A stretch of DNA of 48,953 bases, filler included, from Candidatus Eiseniibacteriota bacterium (GTDB lineage: Bacteria; Orphanbacterota; Orphanbacteria; Orphanbacterales; Orphanbacteraceae), in the NCBI GenBank assembly GCA_043809585.1. It is 2 parts of 2 records of this genome, joined end to end, with 100 filler letters (N's around TTAATTAATTAA, not from the genome) between each part and the next. Parts side by side here need not be neighbours in the genome. Positions count along the whole stretch, not along the records: positions 27,561 to 48,953 come from JBDROZ010000110.1; 1 more part is not named here. The stretch is one strand, 5' to 3'. Positions 41,613 through 48,953 of the stretch are shown here, piece after piece. The first letter of the stretch is position 1. Every line of letters starts with the position of its first letter. Below the pieces are notes generated by a model. That model saw only the letters and a list, made by a program, of their open reading frames with translations, was not told where the DNA came from and did no database searches. A program made the position numbers and the translations under genes.

Positions 41613-41885
41613 TTAGTAGGGGAGGACCCCCCACACCTTCAAAACGAGGCGCGCGTACGATCCGCCGTCCCGTGCCCTGTCGAGAAGGGCGTCGAGAACG
41701 GTGGACGGCTGGGTGCCGACGATGATCGGGAAATCGTCCGGGTCCGTCTCGCCGTGGCCGTCCGGATCGATCTGCCCGGTGAGCCCCGGTCCGGGAGGGT
41801 ACTGATCCCAGGCTCCGGCGGGAACGGACCCGAGGAGAAGGAGCGCGATGGCGAAGAGAGCCGGAATCGCCGATTTGCATTTCAT
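41613..41885 (-). CDS. Small secreted protein (90 aa), possible signalling-peptide precursor
   Basis: GGAGGAGG RBS; signal peptide ending AGA; acidic Gly/Pro-rich segment; ends 46 nt before the activator start. Confidence 0.75.
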   Translation of the reverse strand: MKCKSAIPALFAIALLLLGSVPAGAWDQYPPGPGLTGQIDPDGHGETDPDDFPIIVGTQPSTVLDALLDRARDGGSYARLVLKVWGVLPY

Positions 41886-42108
41886 GAATGCACCTCCTCC
41901 TATAATGGACAAGACGTTCTTCCTTCGTTTTCTGCAGAGGGACAGCGCGCGACCGGGAACTATCGCCACCCCCATCGCGCTAATTCGACTCTACCCAAGA
42001 ATTTGCGCGGTCACAAGGGGACCAGGCCGTCGAAATCCGTCCACGAAGGGGAAAGAAGAAGGCCGGGGAGAGGCGATCTCCCCGGCCCGGAATGCTGGAA
42101 CCTTCTAA

Positions 42109-45100
42109 CTACCTGACCAATAACATTTTATGGGTGGCGCTGAAATCCGGCGCCTCCATCCGGGCAAAGTAGACCCCCGACGGGACGGTCCGGCCCGCCT
42201 CGTCCCGACCGTCCCAGACCACGTCGAAGCGGCCCGCCGGGCGGACGCCGTCGGCGAGGAGGGCGATCCGGCGGCCGGATACGTCGTAGACGGCCACCCG
42301 AACCCGGCTCTGGGTCGGTAGCTCGAACCCGATGGTCGTCAATGGGTTAAATGGATTCGGCGTGTTCGGGTGCATCCGGAAGGCGTCCGGTGCGCGCTCC
42401 TCATCCACGGCGACGCCCGTGGACAGCTCGTCCTCGACGATGACGTGGAATCCGGGTGCGGCAAGCCCCGTGACGATCTGAGTGAAGCCGGAGGGCCAGC
42501 GGATCTCGACCGTGTCGACCTGGGTGGCCGCCCCGAGGCCGAACTCGAGGGGGAGCGACGACTGCCCGCCCCCGACACCCCCCGAAACCTCGCGGATCTG
42601 GACCGCCGCCCCCGCCACGACCCGCGCCCGGGCCCCGATCGCGGAGCGGTTCGAAGCGGTCCCGACGAGGATGAGGTGGACCCAGCGGTTCCCGGCGTTT
42701 ACGTCGTTCCGGAAGAGACGGTCCGGGCCGAAGACGCCGGCGAAGAGATCGAGGTCCCCGTCCTGGTCGATGTCGGAGAGGGTGACGCTCCGCACGTCGT
42801 CCGTGGCGTCGAAGAGGAACGGCTCGGTGCCGTCGACGAACGCGCCTCCCCCGTCGTTCCGGAAGAGCTGCACGCCCATCTCGGTGCCGATGAATATGTC
42901 GAGATCGCCGTCGAAGTCGACGTCCCCCGAAGCGGCGGACCGGGCGACCCCGGCGAGGGCCGGACTCCAGGCGGCCGCCGTGAACGAAGCGCCGCCGGAA
43001 TTCCAGAACAGGCCCGTGCCGGCCCCCTCGTTCCACACGAAGAGATCGAGATCGAGATCGTTGTCGAAATCGCCCCAGAGGGCGCCGACGCCGAATGCGG
43101 GATTCATGAGAGGCGCGGGCGTCACGTCGGAGAAGAACCCGAACCCTTCGTTCCGGAGAAGGCGGCTCTCGCCCGGCGAGCGGCCGAGCCGGTAGAGATC
43201 GGCGTCGCCGTCGTTGTCGTAGTCGCCCCACGCCACGGCGCCGGGCTCGTCGGTGTAGTCGAGGGGGAACAGGGTCACATCGACGAAAGGCCCGACGCCC
43301 ACGTTCCGGAGAAGCCGGGACGGGGTCATGTCGTTGATGAAGAAGAGGTCGACCTTCCGGTCGTTGTCGAAATCGGCCCACGCGCCGCAGACGGTCTTGG
43401 TCGGATCGCCGAGCGGTTCGACTGCGACGTCCGTGAAGCCCCCGCCCCCGTCGTTCTGGAAGAGCCGGTTGGTTCCGTCGTTCGCGAGAAAGAGATCGAT
43501 TCGGGCGTCGTTGTTGAAGTCCGCCCAAACGGCGCCGTATCCGTCTCCTTCATCCCGAAGTTCCGCGGGGGTCTCGTCGGCGAACACCCCGGCGTAGTTC
43601 ACGAGAAGGGCGTTCTCTCCCGGGCCGCGCACCACGTAGAGGTCCTGGTCGCCGTCATCGTCGAAGTCGGCCCACGCGGAAGCACGCGTGTTCTCCACCG
43701 CCGGCGGCAACCATGACGACGCGTCGTACCACGCCGGCGGGATCGGCGGGGGGAGCACGGTTCCGCTATCGTATGCGGCGGGGGACTGGCCGCAGCCGTT
43801 CTCGGCGAGCACTTCGTACAGATAGACGCCGGCGGCGACGGTGTCGTCGTAGGTCGTGCCCGGCGCGGGGACCGTCGCGACCGGCCCGCCGTCCCGGTAG
43901 AGGAGGTAGTTGTCCGCGTCCGGCACCCCCGCCCAATCCAAACGGACGAAGACCGCCGACGTGTCGCTCGCCGTGAGCCAAGCCGGAGCGCCGGGGGCGG
44001 GAAGAACGGAGCCGGAGGCGACGGTCGAGTCGGAGTACCCGAACTCGTTGCCCGCCGCCACACCGTACTCGTAGGTCCCGGCGGCGACGGTATCGCGATA
44101 GAGTACCGCCGGGGCGGCGACGACGGCGATGGCCGCCCCGTTCCGGTAAACGCGGTAGTCGTCGGCGAGGGGGACGGCGGTCCACCCGACGACGACCTCG
44201 ACGCACGACGTGTCGCTCGCCGTGACCGCGACCGGCGGGTCGGGCGGCGTGCCGAAGTAGAGGGGATGGTCCGAGACAATCGAGTACGCCTGGGAGGACG
44301 AAAGGATCCCCTTGTGGGAGACGACGGCCCGGTAGACGCCCGCCGACGGCGCGGCGACGACGACCTGCTCGCAGTTATCCCGGAAGTTGTCCCCCTTCGT
44401 CGCCGCCGAGGCGGGGCTCGCGGGGTTCAGCACCCACGGGGAGTAGGTCGTCACCGTCGGGGACTCGACGCGGAGATCGAGGTCGTTCACGAGCATGATG
44501 TCCGTCGGGTCGACGGCGGCCGCGGGGGGCGTTCCGGGCGGGTCGGTCCAGGCGATGGAAACCCGGATCGAATCGCCGGCGGCGGCGCTCATATAATACT
44601 CCCGGTACGCGCCGTTCGCCAGCGTCGTCTCGTGGATCGTGCCCGGCTCGTCGACGTCGGACGAGATCATCTCCGCCCCGTGGAGCGTGTTGATGAGACC
44701 CCAGCCGTGCATGTAATCGGGGCCGGGGTTCGGACCCGCCTCGTCGGCGGTCTGCACGAGCACCGCCTTCATGGTCGACGAGAGGGGGGTGAGGCCGTGG
44801 GTGATCTCGTAGTGGCGGACGAGGAGGTTGATCGATCCGGCGGCGTTCGGCGACGCCATCGACGTGCCGCTCAGGGTGGTGTAGTCCGAGTTGTTGTCGT
44901 CGTCCGTCGAGTAGAGGCCGAGGCCGTTGGCCACGAAGTCCGGTTTGATGCGGCCGTCATCGGTCGGACCCCATCCGCTGAAGTAGGCGACATCCACGTC
45001 CGCGGGCTGGGACCAACCGCCCGGGATGTCGTCCACGGCGCCGATGGAGAGGATGTTCTTCGCCGTTTTGTTCCACGAGATGCAGTCGTACCCGTTGGTG

Positions 45101-46008
45101 CCGCCGTCCGGGTTGCGCGTGGCTGTGCTCCACTCCCAGCTTCCCGAGCCCGGATTCCAGTAATAGTGGCCGCCCCCGGGGCCGGGCCCGTCGTCGTCCC
45201 GGTCGTTGCCGGCGGAGGCGACGATGGTGTAGTACGGCGCGTTGTGGGCGATCTCGTCCCACTCCCGGGTGACCTCGTCGTAGAAGCCGAAGCCGTAATC
45301 CTCGACGGTGCTCACGTCCACGTCGCCGTACCAGTACCAGTCGCTGCCGCTCCAGGACCACCCTGTGGCGTAGCCGTAGGAGTGGTTCGAGACTTCCATG
45401 CCCGCCGCGGCGGCGTCGGCCATCTCGCCGTTGTCGCTGTTCCAGTCGTAGCAGGCGAGATCGGCCTGGTACGACATCCCCTTCGCGTTCGCCTGTACGC
45501 CGGCGGCGATCAAGGTCCCCGCCACGTGGGTGGAGTGGTAGTGCGTCGTCGACGCGCCGTCCTCCTGAGAAGCCCGGCCGCCGAACTCCTGGTGGGACGT
45601 GCGGACCGCGCCGGCGTCCCAGACACAGAGATCGCCCAGATTGGTGGTCGATCCGGTGAGGGAGAACCCGCCGCTCCCCCCCGGCCAGACATCGTCCGTC
45701 GAGAGGGTCCGGGCGGCGTTGATGTTTTGGGTCTCGTAGTACACGGGAATCCTGCCGTCCCGGAGATACATCAGCTGGACGTCCTCGATTCCGTTCAGCG
45801 CCCCCTGAGGTCCGGTGGTTCGACTCAGCAGATCGTAATACAGGGGCGTCCGCCCCGCTTCGAGCTCGTCCCGGAATCGCTCGGCGAGACGGGTCAGCTC
45901 CTCCACGTTCGTCGCGGGTCGATCCTCCGCGCCGGTGGCCGGGACGAGAAGGACCATCATGGTCAAGGCGGCGGGAAGGGCGAACCGAAAGAGCGACGGC
46001 TTTCTCAT
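42109..46008 (-). CDS. Secreted S8 (subtilisin-like) peptidase with two FN3 repeats, FG-GAP/VCBS repeats, ASPIC/UnbV domain and FlgD-Ig tail
   Basis: WDAG, HSTHVAGT, SAGND, GTSMASP; DFDNDGD repeats; NRSAIGAR...LEFGLG; PNPFNP. Confidence 0.92.
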   Translation of the reverse strand: MRKPSLFRFALPAALTMMVLLVPATGAEDRPATNVEELTRLAERFRDELEAGRTPLYYDLLSRTTGPQGALNGIEDVQLMYLRDGRIPVYYETQNINAARTLSTDDVWPGGSGGFSLTGSTTNLGDLCVWDAGAVRTSHQEFGGRASQEDGASTTHYHSTHVAGTLIAAGVQANAKGMSYQADLACYDWNSDNGEMADAAAAGMEVSNHSYGYATGWSWSGSDWYWYGDVDVSTVEDYGFGFYDEVTREWDEIAHNAPYYTIVASAGNDRDDDGPGPGGGHYYWNPGSGSWEWSTATRNPDGGTNGYDCISWNKTAKNILSIGAVDDIPGGWSQPADVDVAYFSGWGPTDDGRIKPDFVANGLGLYSTDDDNNSDYTTLSGTSMASPNAAGSINLLVRHYEITHGLTPLSSTMKAVLVQTADEAGPNPGPDYMHGWGLINTLHGAEMISSDVDEPGTIHETTLANGAYREYYMSAAAGDSIRVSIAWTDPPGTPPAAAVDPTDIMLVNDLDLRVESPTVTTYSPWVLNPASPASAATKGDNFRDNCEQVVVAAPSAGVYRAVVSHKGILSSSQAYSIVSDHPLYFGTPPDPPVAVTASDTSCVEVVVGWTAVPLADDYRVYRNGAAIAVVAAPAVLYRDTVAAGTYEYGVAAGNEFGYSDSTVASGSVLPAPGAPAWLTASDTSAVFVRLDWAGVPDADNYLLYRDGGPVATVPAPGTTYDDTVAAGVYLYEVLAENGCGQSPAAYDSGTVLPPPIPPAWYDASSWLPPAVENTRASAWADFDDDGDQDLYVVRGPGENALLVNYAGVFADETPAELRDEGDGYGAVWADFNNDARIDLFLANDGTNRLFQNDGGGGFTDVAVEPLGDPTKTVCGAWADFDNDRKVDLFFINDMTPSRLLRNVGVGPFVDVTLFPLDYTDEPGAVAWGDYDNDGDADLYRLGRSPGESRLLRNEGFGFFSDVTPAPLMNPAFGVGALWGDFDNDLDLDLFVWNEGAGTGLFWNSGGASFTAAAWSPALAGVARSAASGDVDFDGDLDIFIGTEMGVQLFRNDGGGAFVDGTEPFLFDATDDVRSVTLSDIDQDGDLDLFAGVFGPDRLFRNDVNAGNRWVHLILVGTASNRSAIGARARVVAGAAVQIREVSGGVGGGQSSLPLEFGLGAATQVDTVEIRWPSGFTQIVTGLAAPGFHVIVEDELSTGVAVDEERAPDAFRMHPNTPNPFNPLTTIGFELPTQSRVRVAVYDVSGRRIALLADGVRPAGRFDVVWDGRDEAGRTVPSGVYFARMEAPDFSATHKMLLVR

Positions 46009-46246
46009 CGGAAACGATCTCCTCTCTCTTGGGCGGGACGAAGGCGCCCCCGAGCGCGCGGGTGCGCCCTTTTCCATCGAACCTGGGGGAGACGGAATCA
46101 ACGGGGGAGAGACATCGGGACATGCCCGATCAGAGAGCATTAAGGATAGCATTCAGGCGCCCAAATGTAAAGTATTGATTTTGATGGGCTTTGCTTCGAA
46201 AATCTGCGCAGAATGCCCCCATTCGGGGATAAACACAGAAACTGTC

Positions 46247-46660
46247 CTAACCGATGACCGGGCGGGGGGTGCGGTCGTGGACGGAGCGGAGAAACTCGGT
46301 CTGGACGCGGATCTCGAATCCGCGAACTTGTTCTTCCGAACCGACATAAACGGGATAACCCCGCCGGATCAGGTCGTAGGCGAGGTTCGGCGAGGCGTCG
46401 TTCAAGACCACGAGGCGGATGTCGGCCCGGGCTACCTCTACCGCCACCGCCTCGCTGATCTCGATCCGAAGCTCCTCGTAGCGGCTTCCATCGACCAGGG
46501 GATGAAAGAGAACGCCCAGATCGAAAGTCCTCGGCCCGGGGAAGGCGGGATGCCGGAGGGCGTCGGGGAGGCGGAAGACGGCGGCCACGTCCCCCCGCTC
46601 GGCGAAGATGCGGGGGATCGCTCGGAGCGTTTCCCGGTCCGTTGTCGCGGCGCGGTTCAT
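46247..46660 (-). CDS. Degenerate MntA-like minimal nucleotidyltransferase-fold protein
   Basis: DVAAVF, DLGVLF, DIRLVVLNDASPNLAYDLIRRG resemble MNT proteins; the GS/DxD motif is missing. Confidence 0.55.
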   Translation of the reverse strand: MNRAATTDRETLRAIPRIFAERGDVAAVFRLPDALRHPAFPGPRTFDLGVLFHPLVDGSRYEELRIEISEAVAVEVARADIRLVVLNDASPNLAYDLIRRGYPVYVGSEEQVRGFEIRVQTEFLRSVHDRTPRPVIG

Positions 46661-46785
46661 GTTCCGATTATCGGCCTCCCTCACCCTCCGGTCCAGTCCC
46701 AAGTCGACCCGGACCCGGTGGAGATTAGTCCAACCTTCTCTTATTATGTAGAGGTGGCCGAAACGGCCGGAAAGGAAGGTGCCCG

Positions 46786-47871
46786 ATGGCCCAGTCCATC
46801 ACCAAAGACCAGGCTCTCCAGGCGCTCGGCGCCGTTCAGGACCCCCATTTCGGCCGGGATCTCGTCTCCCTCGGCTTCGTGAAGGATGTCTCCGTCGACG
46901 GCGGGGAGACACGCGTCCGCGTCCAATTCCCCACCCCCCGGTTCCCCTCCCGGGAAGAGGTGCACCGGCGGTGCGTCGAGAAGCTCCGCGCCGCGGGCGC
47001 CGAGTCCGTGGACGTCGAATTCACGACCGACGTGCTCGGATACCGCCCCCCCGACCGTTCCGACCTCCTCAAGGACGTCCGGAACGTGGTTGCCGTGGCG
47101 AGCGGCAAAGGAGGCGTAGGCAAGTCGACCGTCGCCACCAACCTTGCCCTCAGCCTCGCCCGGACCGGCGCCCGCGTCGGCATGCTCGACGCCGACGTCT
47201 ACGGCCCGAGCATGGCCATCATGCTCGGCGTCGACGGCCGGCCCGAAGTGACCGGCCACAACACCATGCGCCCCCTCGACGCCCACGGCATGAAGGTCAT
47301 GTCCATCGCCTTCCTCACGACGAAGGACACGCCGGTCATCTGGCGCGGCCCGATGGTGCACGGCCTCGTCTCTCAGTTCCTCACCCAGGTGGAGTGGGGC
47401 GAGCTCGACTACCTCGTCATCGACCTCCCCCCCGGAACGGGGGACGCTCAGCTCACGCTGACCCAGTCGGCGCCCCTCGCCGGAGCGGTCATCGTCACCA
47501 CTCCCCAGGACGTCAGCCTCATCGACGCCCGCAAGGGCCTCAAGATGTTCGAACAGGTGAATGTGCCGGTCCTCGGCATCGTGGAGAACATGAGCTACTT
47601 CCAGTGCCCCCACTGCGACGGGCGGACCGAGATCTTCAGCCACGGCGGCGGACGAAAGACGAGCGAGGAACTCGAGGTCCCGTTCCTTGGCGAAGTCCCG
47701 ATCGACCCCGAAGTGGTCGCCGGGGGCGACACGGGCAACCCGATCGTGGCGAAGAACCCAGGCTCCCCGGCGGGCCGGGCCTACGCCGAGATCGCGGAAC
47801 GGGTCGCCGTCTCTCTCGGGCGGCTGGCCCTCCAGGCGAAGGACCAGGCGTCCTTCCACATCAAGTGGTGA
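46786..47871 (+). CDS. mrp: Mrp/ApbC/NBP35 Fe-S cluster carrier ATPase
   Basis: SGKGGVGKST, DADVYGPS, WRGPM, DLPPGTGD, ENMSYFQCPHC. Confidence 0.96.
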   Translation: MAQSITKDQALQALGAVQDPHFGRDLVSLGFVKDVSVDGGETRVRVQFPTPRFPSREEVHRRCVEKLRAAGAESVDVEFTTDVLGYRPPDRSDLLKDVRNVVAVASGKGGVGKSTVATNLALSLARTGARVGMLDADVYGPSMAIMLGVDGRPEVTGHNTMRPLDAHGMKVMSIAFLTTKDTPVIWRGPMVHGLVSQFLTQVEWGELDYLVIDLPPGTGDAQLTLTQSAPLAGAVIVTTPQDVSLIDARKGLKMFEQVNVPVLGIVENMSYFQCPHCDGRTEIFSHGGGRKTSEELEVPFLGEVPIDPEVVAGGDTGNPIVAKNPGSPAGRAYAEIAERVAVSLGRLALQAKDQASFHIKW

Positions 47872-47876
47872 GCGCC

Positions 47877-48209
47877 ATGACCGAAGGACACACGCCGAGG
47901 CGCGCGCCGACCAAGATGGAGAAGACCGGCCGGGACACGCTCCGCATCACGTGGGACGACGGGATGACGTCCGAATTCAACGTAGCCACCCTCCGCCGGG
48001 CCTGCCCGTGCGCCTCCTGCGTCGACGAGTGGTCCGGCGAGCGAACCCTCGACCCCTTCACCGTGCTCGACACCGTGCGGCCCATGAGCATCGAGCCCGT
48101 CGGCCGCTACGCCATCAAGATCACCTGGACCGACGGCCACGACACCGGCATCTACACCTTCGAGTATCTTCGGTCCCTCGCCGAGGGGGGCCCGGCCAAG
48201 GGGAGGTAG
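47877..48209 (+). CDS. DUF971 / GBBH-N-like domain protein
   Basis: LRRACPCASC, VGRYAIKITWTDGHDTGIYTFEYLR. Confidence 0.9.
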   Translation: MTEGHTPRRAPTKMEKTGRDTLRITWDDGMTSEFNVATLRRACPCASCVDEWSGERTLDPFTVLDTVRPMSIEPVGRYAIKITWTDGHDTGIYTFEYLRSLAEGGPAKGR

Positions 48210-48418
48210 GGGGCATCTTTCTTTCCTTCCCCCTTGCGTCCCTCCCGAATATCCACCTATACTGACACCGCCGGAGACACCATCCGTATCACACCGCGCT
48301 TGACCGCGCACGACGAGACAGGCAACATCATCCCGGTCGGCGGCCCCGAAGGTCGGTCCCCGATTCGTGAACGCTCTCGCGGCCCCGCCCCCCGGCGGGC
48401 CCTGGGGAGGAGCGGAGC

Positions 48419-48724
48419 TTGGAAACGAAGGAAATCCTGTCCGAGAGCGAGATCAAGAAACGCCTCGGCGAGCTTCCCCAGTGGAAGAAGAACGGCAGGT
48501 CGATTCAGCGGGTCGTCGACTTCCAGGAGTATCTCGAGGCGATCGATTTCGTCCACATCATCGCCGAGATCGCGGAGCTCTCGAATCATCATCCCGACAT
48601 CGAAATCCGTCACACCCGCGTCTCCGTCAACTGCACCACCCATCGGTGCAAGGGCGTCACGTACCGCGATTTCGAGTTGGCCCACAAGATCGAGCGGCTG
48701 ATCGAGGAGACGCTGACCGACTAG
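48419..48724 (+). CDS. phhB: Pterin-4-alpha-carbinolamine dehydratase family protein
   Basis: AELSNHHPDI, TTH..KGVT.RDFELA; TTG start after a GGAG RBS. Confidence 0.9.
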   Translation: METKEILSESEIKKRLGELPQWKKNGRSIQRVVDFQEYLEAIDFVHIIAEIAELSNHHPDIEIRHTRVSVNCTTHRCKGVTYRDFELAHKIERLIEETLTD

Positions 48725-48753
48725 CCGATCCGCCTCCGCTCCGAGGTTCTCCC

Positions 48754-48953
48754 TTGCCGACCCCGGACCCGTCAATCCCGAAAGACACCGCCGCCGCCGG
48801 GCCTCCCGGACCGATCGCTTTCGATCTCCGATGGGTGCGCGGCGCCGGTCCGGACGGCATCGGGCGCTACGCCACGGAACTCTTCCGCGCCCTTCACCTC
48901 TCGGGCGCCGGCGCCGCGCCCCCGCCGATCGGCCTCTACTCCGATCCCGCCAT
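48754..48953 (+). CDS. Glycosyltransferase family 4, 5' part (runs off the window)
   Basis: IAFDLRWVRGAGPDGIGRYATELFRAL; start position uncertain. Confidence 0.65.
   Translation, partial: MPTPDPSIPKDTAAAGPPGPIAFDLRWVRGAGPDGIGRYATELFRALHLSGAGAAPPPIGLYSDPA

Noticed and set aside
41886-42108. Sigma54 -24/-12 promoter upstream of the peptide gene
   Set aside because: No convincing TGGCAC-N5-TTGC match found by eye.

Overview
High-GC bacterial scaffold made of two contigs joined by an artificial N/TTAATTAATTAA spacer at 27461-27560. The many secreted proteins ending in a PNPFNP...KMxLxR FlgD-Ig/T9SS-like tail suggest an FCB-related lineage such as Eisenbacteria or Latescibacterota (inference). 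Left contig: (a) a cell-surface locus with two giant Cys-patterned FN3/dockerin proteins, one split by an in-frame TAG, plus a TPR/CsgG-like lipoprotein and a beta-barrel protein; (b) a redox block of a CBS-like enzyme, rhodanese, MauE/DoxX, DsbA and an Omp28-like protein with a probable selenocysteine UxxC motif; (c) a TetR-kamA-GNAT/deacetylase-ATP-grasp-ATP-grasp/GNAT operon; (d) a large palindromic intergenic element and a cohesin-like protein. Right contig: a PaaK/CapK-like ligase, a decayed IS with scattered end copies, recA, Hsp20, hemerythrin, a lower-GC block with two FGE-sulfatase paralogs resembling DGR targets, a tRNA-Asn-like 3' fragment, a small secreted peptide upstream of a TPR-sigma54 activator, an S8 protease, Mrp/ApbC, DUF971, a pterin dehydratase and a GT4 start. 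Best candidates for new biology: disulfide-stapled FN3 rods with neighbouring thiol-redox genes, the secreted selenoprotein, the peptide/TPR-activator pair, and the beta-lysine/ATP-grasp operon.
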